The position numbers and the translations under genes were made by a program. From assembly GCA_963766075.1 (NCBI GenBank), contig CAVYAN010000002.1:1-26344 (forward strand): DNA of 26,344 nucleotides, in the 5' to 3' direction. Shown piece by piece: positions 16,676 to 26,344 of this stretch. Source of the DNA: an uncultured cyanobacterium (GTDB lineage Bacteria; Cyanobacteriota; Cyanobacteriia; Leptolyngbyales; Leptolyngbyaceae). The notes beneath the pieces are model-generated. The model was not told the DNA's origin, made no database searches, and saw only the letters and a program-made list of their open reading frames with translations. The stretch's first letter is position 1; each line of letters starts with the position of its first letter.

Positions 16676-19195
16676 TTATCTATGGCTCGGTTGGGACTGC
16701 TGTAGCCCGCCGCAAGGGGGCAGCGCTGCAGTAATGCCAGCAGCGGGATCGGCAATCAGTTCCAGGGTGCCGTCGGCATTATGTCGCCAGCCTGTTGCCT
16801 CGACCCAGCGATTGGGGGCAGATGCGCTGGCAGCAGGAGTTGCGGATGGGCGATGGATGGGCTGCCGGACGGGGGAAAGATAGGCGGAGCGATCGCGTAG
16901 ATCAACCCAGGCAGAGCTAGCCCGCAATTGCCAGGTCGGATTTTCAGGAATACCACCTCGGCCTGTAATCACAAAACTGCTGTTCTCTTGGGGCGCACAA
17001 GTCGGGACAATTTGTCGGCTCACATCAACAACATCCACTGGCAACGGCAGTAACCCTGCATTTGGATCAATGCCGGGAGTATTGATAGCGACGGTGCCAT
17101 TAATGCCAAATTCAGAACTCGCGCTAATGTCATTTTCCAGTGTTAGTTGATCCCGATATTTCAGGCCAAAAATTCCCTGCGTTGTGATTTGGATATTGCC
17201 GCCCTGACCTTGGCTAGCATTGGCGACGATGTCACTGTTGTTAACGCCCACAATCACCGAAGCATCGATGCTGATATTGCCTCCATTGCCAATGTTGCCC
17301 CTGCCAAACGCCGCCGCGCCAATCCTGGCATTCTTCACCATGACAATCTGATCGGATTGAATCGCAATATTGCCACCGTCTCCGGATAAGGTTAAGGCCC
17401 CAATGAAAGCATTATCTTTCAGTAGAAGCTTTCCAGTATGAATGCTGACGGTGCCTGCTCTCCCGATGCCATCGTTGGAAACATTAATGGTGCCATAATT
17501 GCTGACGACCAAAGAGGGTGTATTAATCGTCACATTTCCCCCTGCGCCAGAGGGGACTTTAGAGAGACCAAACAGTTGCTGATAGATGGGTGGAGGCGGT
17601 GATACCGTAGATGAAATGGCACTGGTATAAGAGTTACTGTTGCTATAGCCATTCACTTCGATAGACTCACTGGCGTTAACCAGTAAGTTACCAGCTTTAC
17701 CCGCACTGATGCTTGAAGTGGCTAATAGACCTCCGTCTCTAGCGAACAATAGCCGTGTATTCACCGTTAGATTTCCCGATTGTCCGGCCCTGCCCAGATT
17801 ATTCGCTCCGATGATGCTGGAAATATTAACGGGTGAAATACCCTGGACGTTAATGGTGTCCGCATTTATCACCACATCTCCACCGCCGCTGCCATCCAAT
17901 AAGTTGGTTGAACCCATAAAAGCTCCCGCTTGTATTGACAGCGCTTGGGTTGCAACAAAAAGATCGCCCCCTTTGCCTGCGGCGGTTGTCAGCGTCCCCA
18001 CTCGACTAAAAACGTCAGGTGCATTTGCCGCATACCCAGCAATCTTAAGATTCTCGGCATTGAGCGTGACCGTGCCACCGGGGCCTGAGCCATAATTTCG
18101 ACTAAATATTGCGCCCCCCGATTGAATTAACAGGGTGGGAGTTTGAATTGCAATGTTAGCACCACTGCCTGCACCGAAGTTGTCCTCTAAAATGCCCGTC
18201 AGAACATTCAAAATAGGTCCGGTGCCATTCAGGGTGAGACCTTGCGCCGCGGATACTGTGATTGTTCCAGCCACAGGCGTGCCAAAGTTGGTGCCTGAGA
18301 TCAACGATCCATCCTGAATGTTGACTTGGCCACCCTGGACTTGGATATTGCCAGACGTTAGACCCCGAACTTCTATGCTCGACTGCTGTGCCAGATTAAT
18401 CGTCCCGAAGCCCGTCATGCCTGCGTAATTCGTCGAAAATCCTTGTTCGATCGCGGATAGTGAGACCGCTCCTGACTGGGCAACACTCCCAAGTTCGATG
18501 CGTCCACCCGGTGCCTGCAGAATACCCCCGATTAGGTCAATATTGCCACCAATTAGGGCTAGGGTTCGATTGGGCTGGACTTGGAGTCCACCATAGGGTG
18601 CATAGGGGAAGTAGGGATCAATCAGGGAAGAAGAAGCCGCTAATCGGTGCCCCGTGCCCTGAACTTGAATAGCTACAGGATTTTGCCCAAACTGTAATCC
18701 GATTGGCACACTTATCGTCAACAACGGCGAAGAGCCTGGATGGTTGGCGCTAAACTCTACACCATCACTAAATTGAATGCTGTTGGCCGTGGTGCCGATA
18801 AAGGAACCGCCAATATTTAAGGCGGCGTTGGGGCCAAACAAAATTCCATGGGGATTCAATAAAAATAAACTGGCACTGCCATTCGCTTGAATTAAGCCAT
18901 CAATGGTGGAGGCGCTCCCACCTGTAATGCGGCTGAAGATATTCTGGACATCAACAGCGTTATTAAAAATTGCTGCCCCGCCTGTAGGGACGGAAAATTG
19001 ACTAAAACTATGAAAAAGGTTGTTGCCAACACGGGTGCCATTGTCGATCGCAAAGGCGTTGCCTGTTTGGGTCACTGTGGTGGATAGGGTACCATCAGGG
19101 CTGACTTGGGCCATAGCGCTCCCCGAAAGCATCACGAACCCGGTGCATAATCCGGCGATGATAGTGCAGCAGGCTGGAGGGACGGTTTTACGCAT
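16676..19195 (-). CDS. Filamentous-haemagglutinin-family (TPS) exoprotein, copy 1 (839 aa)
   Basis: Signal peptide, NLFHSFSQF, NIFSRITGG, LFLLNPHGILFGPNA (haemagglutination-activity domain), beta-helix repeats, C-terminal C..SSFVITGRGG.P...EATGW...C. Confidence 0.9.
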   Translation of the reverse strand: MRKTVPPACCTIIAGLCTGFVMLSGSAMAQVSPDGTLSTTVTQTGNAFAIDNGTRVGNNLFHSFSQFSVPTGGAAIFNNAVDVQNIFSRITGGSASTIDGLIQANGSASLFLLNPHGILFGPNAALNIGGSFIGTTANSIQFSDGVEFSANHPGSSPLLTISVPIGLQFGQNPVAIQVQGTGHRLAASSSLIDPYFPYAPYGGLQVQPNRTLALIGGNIDLIGGILQAPGGRIELGSVAQSGAVSLSAIEQGFSTNYAGMTGFGTINLAQQSSIEVRGLTSGNIQVQGGQVNIQDGSLISGTNFGTPVAGTITVSAAQGLTLNGTGPILNVLTGILEDNFGAGSGANIAIQTPTLLIQSGGAIFSRNYGSGPGGTVTLNAENLKIAGYAANAPDVFSRVGTLTTAAGKGGDLFVATQALSIQAGAFMGSTNLLDGSGGGDVVINADTINVQGISPVNISSIIGANNLGRAGQSGNLTVNTRLLFARDGGLLATSSISAGKAGNLLVNASESIEVNGYSNSNSYTSAISSTVSPPPPIYQQLFGLSKVPSGAGGNVTINTPSLVVSNYGTINVSNDGIGRAGTVSIHTGKLLLKDNAFIGALTLSGDGGNIAIQSDQIVMVKNARIGAAAFGRGNIGNGGNISIDASVIVGVNNSDIVANASQGQGGNIQITTQGIFGLKYRDQLTLENDISASSEFGINGTVAINTPGIDPNAGLLPLPVDVVDVSRQIVPTCAPQENSSFVITGRGGIPENPTWQLRASSAWVDLRDRSAYLSPVRQPIHRPSATPAASASAPNRWVEATGWRHNADGTLELIADPAAGITAALPPCGGLQQSQPSHR

Positions 19196-19463
19196 GGTCG
19201 CAGTCCTTGATGAGAGGGTACCGCTAGAGTGCCCAGGAGGCGATCCTTCTCAACGCAGCCGTGGACAGGGGGCGCTAGGGGCGATCGCGAGAACCGGGTA
19301 CAATGAGATAGCTGCGATCACTCAGTTGCTTACCCAAAGTCTACACCCAGAGCCCGCTCCAACTCCGATGATCTTTATCAACCCCAAGACCGATTTTGCC
19401 TTCAAGAAGATTTTTGGCTCTGAGCAGAGTCATGGGATATTGATCAGCTTTTTGAATGGCATG
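18749..19463. repeat. Junction block A, copy 1 (FHA N-terminus, divergent intergenic region, Rpn start); near-identical to 22307-23023
   Basis: Direct comparison at offset 3558-3560; scattered substitutions, with most differences in 19240-19320. Confidence 0.9.
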
Positions 19464-20231
19464 GTCTATGAAGGGAAACCCACCATCCAAGACTTAGAAA
19501 TTCTCAATCCTTATCAGGCTCCCCGCATCCAAGGGGTGAAAGCGACATACTTGGATATCAAAGCCAAATTAGTCACGGGAGAAACGGTGATTATTGAAAT
19601 GCAAGTATTGAATGTGGAAGGCTTTGAGAAACGCATCTTATACAACGCCGCAAAAGCTTATTCAATTCAGTTAAAAGCTGGAGAAGACTATCCCTTACTC
19701 AATCCCGTGATCGCCCTGACAATTACAGATTTTACCATGTTTCCAGAGATTGAACCGGTGATTAGCCGCTTTCTTCTCAAAGAAAAACACCATTTAATTG
19801 ATTATCCAGTCAATGATATAGAATTAATCTTTGTGGAATTGCCCAAGTTTCAGCAACCCTTAGAGCAGTTGCATACATTAACTGAGAAATGGATTTACTT
19901 CCTGCAACATGCAAGAGATTTAAGTGTTGTCCCGCCAACTATGGGGGATGTGGCAGAGATTCAACAGGCTTTTACCATTGCTAATCGAGCTAATCTCTCA
20001 GAGGAAGAGTTAGATGAGCTAGAGCATCAATCCATTTTTATTCAAGATCAACGGGGTGCAATTACCAAAGCGAATGAACAAGGGATTCAACAAGGGATTC
20101 AACAAGGACGACAGGAGGTGCAATTGGAGATTGCGCGGCGTTTGTTGGAGGTGATGGAGGATGGAGCGATCGCTGCCACCACGGGTCTACCCGTTGCCGA
20201 GATTCAAGCCCTACGCCAGACGGGGAATTAA
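19368..20231 (+). CDS. Rpn-family recombination-promoting nuclease / putative transposase (PD-(D/E)XK), copy 1, 287 aa
   Basis: [50 protein letters not shown] repeats and C-terminal IAATTGL helix-turn. The true start is probably 19368 rather than 19020; TACAAT at 19299-19304. Confidence 0.92.
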   Translation: MIFINPKTDFAFKKIFGSEQSHGILISFLNGMVYEGKPTIQDLEILNPYQAPRIQGVKATYLDIKAKLVTGETVIIEMQVLNVEGFEKRILYNAAKAYSIQLKAGEDYPLLNPVIALTITDFTMFPEIEPVISRFLLKEKHHLIDYPVNDIELIFVELPKFQQPLEQLHTLTEKWIYFLQHARDLSVVPPTMGDVAEIQQAFTIANRANLSEEELDELEHQSIFIQDQRGAITKANEQGIQQGIQQGRQEVQLEIARRLLEVMEDGAIAATTGLPVAEIQALRQTGN

Positions 20232-20516
20232 GGCCCCACGTTCAACCTTGAGGTTTCAGCGGGAATTGCCCCGGCACAAGTTACCCCTGCCGACACTGGG
20301 ACAGCCGTTGTCCCAGTGTCGGCATAGAGTTCCACCTGGCCATTGGCGTTCCGTCGCCAACCCGTAGCTTGGACGAGCGGTGCGGCGGTGGGATCTGTTG
20401 GGGCTGGGGCTGGAGCCGTAAGAGAAGTGTGATCACGCAAAGCGGAGAGGTCGCGGGTGTCAGTCCAAGGGCGATTATTCATCATCTCCTCCATCGGACT
20501 CAACGGCACCCCACCT
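20166..20516. repeat. Junction block B, copy 1 (Rpn end plus FHA C-terminus); near-identical to 23762-24124
   Basis: Identity begins at GCGATCGC in both copies and runs through the shared TTAA stops into the FHA tail. Confidence 0.88.
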
Positions 20517-22753
20517 CGCCCTGTAATCACAAAACGACTATCTGATTGCTTTGAGCAATCTGTAGCAATCTTTTGGCTGGAGTCCACGATATTCATCGGC
20601 AGATTAATTAAACCAGGGCTAAAATCACTGCCGATTATGTTCACCTGAACATTACCATTGATACCAAAATCAGAACTCGCAGAAATATCACTCTCTGGGG
20701 TCAGTTGAGGTCGAAACTTTAGTCCAAGGATTGCCTGGGTCACAATGTCAATATTGCCGCCACGCCCTCGACTGGCATTGGCGAAAATATCACTGTTATT
20801 GACCCCGACAATCGCAGTGGCAGCGATTTTAATATTTCCCCCATTGCCCGTATTGCCGTTTCCAAGAGCAGCAGCGGAAATTCTTGTATTGTTGACCATG
20901 ATGATTTGATCGGATTGAATATCAATGTTGCCGCCGTCTCCAGAAAATGTCACTGCGCCAATTAAAGCACCATCCTTTAATTGAATCTTACTGGCATTAA
21001 TATCGAGTGTTCCGGCCTTACCTGTCCCATAGTTTGAAACACTGACGGCCCCGCCATTACTAATGTTTAGATAGGGCGTGTTAATTTGCACATTGCCGCT
21101 AGCACCGGAGGGAATGGCCGGGAGCCCAAACAATTTTTGATAAATAACGAGTGGTCGAGGCACTGCTGAGGCAATTAAACTTTGATAGGAGTCACGACTG
21201 CCGTAACCGCTGACTTCGATGGACTCGCTGGCGTTAACGGTTAATTGCCCCGAATCGCCAGCGCTGATACTCGAAGTGCTGACGACGCCACCATTCCGCG
21301 CTCTTAAGGTGCGGGTGTTCACTGTTAGATCACCCGATCGCCCTGATTTGGCTAAATTATAGGCTCCTATCGCACTGGAAATCTGGGCTGGAGAAATGCC
21401 TTGAACGTCTATGGTGTCAGCATTGACAACGACATCGCCCCCGCCAATGCCATCGAAAAAGTTGACCGAGCCAATGAACCCTCCCTCGCGTAATGATAAG
21501 GTTTCCGTTGAAGCCAATAGATTGCCGCCTTTTCCCCGTGCCGTGGCCAAGGTGCCCACACGACTAAAAACGTCCGGGGCATTGGTTGCATATCCCACAA
21601 CTTGGATATTTTTGGCCTGGAGTGTAACCGTTCCCCCTGGGCCGGAGCCGTAGTTGCGACTGAAGATGGTGGCACCGGATTGTACAAGCAAATTGGGGGT
21701 TTCAATGACAATGTTGCCGCCATGCCCTGGGCCAAAATTATCTTGCCGAATTCCCCCCAGAATGTTCAAGCTAGGCAGTGCGCCACCGAGAGTCAGACCT
21801 TGAGTGGCCGAGATATTGATCGTGCCGGCGGCTCGTGGCCCAAAGTTGGTGCCGGATATCAGCGAACTATCCTGTAGGCTGACTTGTCCTCCTTGAACCT
21901 GAATGCTGCCAGATTGTAAACTGCCAACTTCAAGGCTGGACTGTTGGGTGAAATTGATGGCTCCAAAATTAGCAATGTTGGAGTAGTTGGCTGAGAATCC
22001 TGGATTGATCCGTTGTAACGTGACTTGTCCGGGTTGGGCTACACTGCCGATTTCCAGTCGGCCACCGGGAGCTTGTAAAATAGCACCGGCCAAATCAAGA
22101 TTGCCACCAATGAGGGCCAGTGTTTGGCCGGGACGAACTTGAAGGCCACGATAGGGGGCATAGGGTGCGTAAGGCGCGATCGGCGAGCCTGAAGCTGCTA
22201 ATCGATGTCCCATGCCCTGAACGTTAATAGGGGCTGGATTGAGGCCCATTTGTAAGCCAACAGGGACATTGATGGTTAATAATGGTGCTACCGTCGGATT
22301 TGCTGAGCTAAACTCTACACCATCACTAAATTGAATGCTGTTGGCGGTGGTGCTTAGAAAGGAACCGCCAATGTTTAAGGCGGCGTTGGGGCCAAACAAA
22401 ATTCCATGGGGATTTAATAAAAATAAACTGGCACTGCCATTCGCTTGAATTAAGCCATCAATGGTGGAGGCGTTCCCACCCGTAATGCGGCTGAAGATAT
22501 TCTGGACATCAGCGGCGTTATTAAAAATTGCTGCCCCGCCTGTAGGGACGGAAAATTGACTAAAACTATGAAAGAGGTTGTTGCCAACACGGGTGCCATT
22601 GTCGATCGCAAAGGCATTACCTGTTTGGGTCACTGTGGTTGATAGAGTACCATCAGGGCTGACTTGGGCCATAGCGCTCCCCGAAAGCATCACGAACCCG
22701 GTGCATAATCCGGCGATGATAGTGCAGCAGGCTGGAGGGACGGTTTTACGCAT
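20228..22753 (-). CDS. Filamentous-haemagglutinin-family (TPS) exoprotein, copy 2 (841 aa)
   Basis: Same domain motifs; N-terminal ~148 aa nearly identical to copy 1, C-terminal ~95 aa nearly identical to copy 3. Confidence 0.9.
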   Translation of the reverse strand: MRKTVPPACCTIIAGLCTGFVMLSGSAMAQVSPDGTLSTTVTQTGNAFAIDNGTRVGNNLFHSFSQFSVPTGGAAIFNNAADVQNIFSRITGGNASTIDGLIQANGSASLFLLNPHGILFGPNAALNIGGSFLSTTANSIQFSDGVEFSSANPTVAPLLTINVPVGLQMGLNPAPINVQGMGHRLAASGSPIAPYAPYAPYRGLQVRPGQTLALIGGNLDLAGAILQAPGGRLEIGSVAQPGQVTLQRINPGFSANYSNIANFGAINFTQQSSLEVGSLQSGSIQVQGGQVSLQDSSLISGTNFGPRAAGTINISATQGLTLGGALPSLNILGGIRQDNFGPGHGGNIVIETPNLLVQSGATIFSRNYGSGPGGTVTLQAKNIQVVGYATNAPDVFSRVGTLATARGKGGNLLASTETLSLREGGFIGSVNFFDGIGGGDVVVNADTIDVQGISPAQISSAIGAYNLAKSGRSGDLTVNTRTLRARNGGVVSTSSISAGDSGQLTVNASESIEVSGYGSRDSYQSLIASAVPRPLVIYQKLFGLPAIPSGASGNVQINTPYLNISNGGAVSVSNYGTGKAGTLDINASKIQLKDGALIGAVTFSGDGGNIDIQSDQIIMVNNTRISAAALGNGNTGNGGNIKIAATAIVGVNNSDIFANASRGRGGNIDIVTQAILGLKFRPQLTPESDISASSDFGINGNVQVNIIGSDFSPGLINLPMNIVDSSQKIATDCSKQSDSRFVITGRGGVPLSPMEEMMNNRPWTDTRDLSALRDHTSLTAPAPAPTDPTAAPLVQATGWRRNANGQVELYADTGTTAVPVSAGVTCAGAIPAETSRLNVGP

Positions 22754-22927
22754 GGTCGCAGTCCTGGATGAGAGGTTACTGCTAGAGTGCCCAGGAGACG
22801 ATCTTTCTCAACTCAGCAGTGTACTAGGGCGAGTTAGGGGAGATCGGGAGAACTGGGTACAATGAGAGCAGCTGCGATCGCTCAGTTGCTTACCCAAAGT
22901 CTACACCCAGAGCCCGCTCCAACTCCG

Positions 22928-23827
22928 ATGATCTTTATTAACCCCAAAACCGATTTTGCCTTCAAGAAGATTTTTGGCTCTGAGCAGAGTCATGGGATAT
23001 TGATCAGCTTTTTGAATGGCATGCTCTACGCAGGGCAGCCCACCATCCAAGACCTCGCTATTCTGAATCCCTATCAAGCCCCAAAAATTCTGGGAGTAAA
23101 GAATACTTACCTGGATATTAAAGCCAAGCTAGCCACAGGCGAAACCGTTATTATTGAAATGCAAGTGCTGAATGTGGCCGGGTTTGAGAAACGGATTCTC
23201 TACAACGCGGCCAAAGCCTATTCTATTCAACTCAAGGCTGGCGAGGACTATCCCCTCCTCAATCCGGTGATTGCGCTGACGGTGACAAACTTCATCATGT
23301 TTCCTGAAATTGAAGCGGTGATTAGTCGCTTTATTCTTAAGGAGAAACAGCATTTAATCGACTATCCGGTGGATGACTTAGAACTGGTCTTTGTCGAATT
23401 GCCCAAGTTTCAGCAACCTTTGGAGCAGTTGCCGACGCTAACGGAGAAATGGATTTACTTTCTGCAACATGCCCGGGATTTGAGTACAGTGCCCACGACG
23501 ATGGGTGAGGTGGCGGAAATTCAGCAAGCCTTTGCCTTGGCTAATCAAGCCAATTTGACTCCGGAGGAATTGGACGAGTTGGAGCATCAGGAAATTTTTA
23601 TCCAGGACCAACGCGGGGCGATTACTAAGGCGACCCAACAGGGCATTCAACAGGGCATTCAACAGGGCATTCAACAGGGCATTCAACAGGGCATCCAACA
23701 GGGCATCCAACAGGCTCAATTGGCGATCGCCCAACGTCTCCTTCCCGTTTTAGATGATGCCGCGATCGCTGCCACCACGGGTCTACCCGTTGCCGAGATT
23801 CAAGCTTTGCGCCAGACGGGGAATTAA
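22928..23827 (+). CDS. Rpn-family nuclease / putative transposase, copy 2, 299 aa
   Basis: Paralogue of 19368..20231 with the same motifs; TACAAT at 22858-22863. Confidence 0.92.
   Translation: MIFINPKTDFAFKKIFGSEQSHGILISFLNGMLYAGQPTIQDLAILNPYQAPKILGVKNTYLDIKAKLATGETVIIEMQVLNVAGFEKRILYNAAKAYSIQLKAGEDYPLLNPVIALTVTNFIMFPEIEAVISRFILKEKQHLIDYPVDDLELVFVELPKFQQPLEQLPTLTEKWIYFLQHARDLSTVPTTMGEVAEIQQAFALANQANLTPEELDELEHQEIFIQDQRGAITKATQQGIQQGIQQGIQQGIQQGIQQGIQQAQLAIAQRLLPVLDDAAIAATTGLPVAEIQALRQTGN
23636..23713 (+). repeat. 12-bp coding tandem repeat (CAACAGGGCATY) x6.5, encoding (QQGI)n
   Basis: Four CAACAGGGCATT, two CAACAGGGCATC and CAACAG; only about 3 units at 20076-20111 in Rpn copy 1. Confidence 0.95.
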
Positions 23828-26344
23828 GGCCCCACGTTCAACCCCACGTTCAACCTTGAGGTTTCGGCGGGAATTGCCCCGGCACAAGTTACCCCTGGGG
23901 GCACTGGGACAGCCGTTGCTCCAGTTTCAGCATAGAGTTCCACCTGGCCATTGGCGTTCCGTCGCCAACCCGTGGCTTGGACGAGCGGTGCGGCGGTGGG
24001 AGTTACTGATGCTGGGGCTGGAGCCGTAAGAGAAGTGTGATCACGCAAGGCGGAGAGGTCGCGGGTGTCGGCCCAGGGGCGATCGCTCCTCATCTGCTCC
24101 ATTGGACTCAACGGCACCCCACCCCGGCCCGTCACCACAAAGCTACTGCCTTGGGTACCACTACAGCCCTGGGCAATTTGCTGCGTGGGATCGGCCAGAT
24201 CCACAGGCAGATTAACTAATCCAGAGTTTGGATCAACGCCAATATTATTAATTTGCACTGTCCCATTGACCCCCAATTGGGAACTGGCGGTGATGTCATT
24301 GGTGAGGTCGGTTCTGGGTGTCAGTGTATTGCGAAATGCTAAACCAATGATTCCTTGGGTGGTGATGTTGATGCTGCCACCGCGACCTTGAACGGCATTG
24401 GCAATCATGTCACTGTTTTCTACGCCAACTATGACGGGAGCGTTGATCGCAATATTGCCTCCCGTCGAAGCGCCCGAGGGCATTCGTAGTGATATTGCTG
24501 CCGTGGCGCAGGAGTAGAATATCTCGTGCCTGCAGGTTGATATTGCCCTGAGCTCTCCTCCATTCACTTCAGCTCGTAAGCTGGCTCCATTATCCAGAAA
24601 GATGCTGCGGCTATTGATATTGAGGTTGCCTGTATCCCCAGTTCCAGTGTTGCTGACAGTAATTTGGGCGGCATCCCGCACTTGCAAAGCGTTGGCAGTG
24701 ATATTGACTGATCCAGCATCGAAAGCAGTGGAGGAGGAAGCTGTAATGGCGCTGGGTAGGTATTGTCCATTCACCAAGAACTGAGAAGCACCTTGGACAT
24801 CAATGGTATTGACGTTCAAGATAACATTGCCGGCAGAGCCTTGCCCCTCGCTGGAAGAAGCAATCTACCTCCATTAAAGAGCCGCAGACTGTTAGCAGTT
24901 AGGGTGATATTTCCACTTGAACCAACGGTATCGGCACCTACAGCAACGTTAATACCACCCGGTAATTGACTGAGCACATCCACAACCGGATCGCTCACTG
25001 TCACGTCTGTGGCATGAATCGTGATATTTCCGGCTTTCCCGATTCCGGTTAGAGTCGTCCGAATCGTCCCGCCGTTAGAGAGTTACAAACGACCCACATC
25101 AATGGTGATGTTGCCCGCTTGCCCTTCTGCGTGACTAATGCCTGTACCGACACCAGACAGCAATTTATAAAGGTGTGTATCCCGATATTTCTAAGGCTCT
25201 CGGTGGCGCGGATCAAGATGTCTCCCGCTTTGCCCGTGAGCATAGTAGCTGGATCAAGGGATACCAGGGCTGAACTGATAAGTCCACCATCTAACACTCG
25301 GATGGCGATCGGCCCCGACGGTAATCGTGCCACTCTGATTGTTCTTACCACTAAAGAGTATGGTGAAAATGCGGTCGGGGTGAAGAAACTGGATTATGCA
25401 TTGACGACCTCCACATCGGTCGCCCGAACGGTGAGATCGCCGAGCGCGAATTGTTTCCGGGAGAAGATGATTGTATCTGAGCGCCAGCCGCCAGCCGTAA
25501 CAGCGAATCCCGTTTCAAGGTCACATCCCCAGCCCGCCCGCTGCCTGGAGGTCCAAAAGAGACACCCACGTTAGTGTTAATACCAGGACCAATTTGACCT
25601 GGCAGAGAAGCTCCCAGCAGATCCACAAATTCTGTCGTTTGAACCGTGATTCCTTTACCTTGCCCAGCAAAGGTAATAGAGCTAATGTTTGATCCATCCT
25701 GCACAGTCAGTCCGCGTCCACGAATGTTAATGGCTCCACCATTTGTACCGCTGGCATTGACTAAAGAAGCTTGCTGGAGGGGAATGGTGCCCCAGTTGGG
25801 TGTTGTTGCTGCGCTCGTCAGTTGCCAGGGCTAAAATTCATCGCAATTTGAGCATTCTGCACTGCCCAAACTCATCCGCCCATCGGGAGTCGTGAGAGTG
25901 GCGCTATTAATATCGATTTCGATTTCCCACGAGTGCTAGCGTCTGCGTGGGTGCAACAGTTAGGGTCGGGAGGGCGGAACAAGGCATTCGGTGCCGCGGC
26001 ACACTGAATTCTGAATTACAGCAGCATTGGCACCCATCTGCAAGCCGATCGGCACACTCATCGTCAACAACGGTGTCCCATTGGCATTGACGGCACTAAA
26101 CTCTACGCCATCGGCAAACTTGATACTGTTTGCCGTTGTTCCCACAAAGGAACCGCCAATGTTCAACGACGCATTTGGCCCAAACAAAAGGCCATTGGGA
26201 TTGAAGAAGAAAACCAAATTGGCGGTGCCATTGGCACGAATTAGTCCATCAATATTAAGCACTGCCGCCGGTAACGCGGCTGAAGATATTTTGAATATCA
26301 ACGGCGTGTTGAAATTGCCGAGCCACCCGTGGGCACAGAGAATT
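23824..26344 (-). pseudogene. Filamentous-haemagglutinin-family exoprotein, copy 3; 5' end outside the window; multiple frameshifts (pseudogene or assembly error)
   Basis: Fragments in changing frames: IDGLIRANGTANL..NPNGLLFGPNASLNIGGSF (25960-26301), beta-helix pieces (25351-25704, 25049-25351, 24816-25004), and C-terminus SFVVTGRGGVP..LVQATGW (23824-24819). Confidence 0.8.

Noticed and set aside
19020..19367. Long N-terminal extension of Rpn copy 1 (403-aa ORF)
   Set aside because: It is the antisense of the FHA start; the equivalent frame in copy 2 is broken (22578..22865), and the family start MIFINPKTD is at 19368.
19368..23827. Rpn genes as insertion sequences with TTAA target duplications
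   Set aside because: No terminal inverted repeats, and TTAA is on only one side of each gene, where it forms the stop codons.

Overview
Cyanobacterial chromosomal window (abundant HIP1 octamer GCGATCGC, apcF, NtcA boxes). (1) 1-10.8 kb, core genes: the end of a Pro-rich TonB gene, a secreted hypothetical, and a nitrogen locus. In that locus glnA (GSI) and ppk2-glnN (GSIII) read divergently from two back-to-back NtcA-type promoters, with apcF downstream, followed by a hypothetical, a DUF2252 gene and a GHL10 hydrolase. (2) 10.8-13.6 kb, accessory island: a promoter and multi-hairpin terminator/antiterminator leader before a small broken ORF, 21-bp repeats, and two inward-facing GTAG-REP hairpins. 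The REPs bracket a truncated small gene, a DUF6883/DUF4926-like pair, an integron attC site and an AT-rich 3-TM cassette-like gene; a DUF433/DUF5615 TA remnant follows. (3) 13.7-16.6 kb: sirohydrochlorin chelatase, cobA, rluD. (4) 16.7-26.3 kb: tandem array FHA-Rpn-FHA-Rpn-FHA of TPS/haemagglutinin exoproteins alternating with Rpn PD-(D/E)XK nucleases, with near-identical junction blocks and diverged, HIP1-free middles. The last FHA is heavily frameshifted, possibly by assembly error. Most interesting leads: the Rpn/FHA mosaic array, the REP-bracketed attC island, the NtcA-coupled glnA/ppk2-glnN divergon with a GSI that appears to lack the inactivating-factor docking residues, and the structured leader RNA. 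Family assignments come from motif recall, not database searches.
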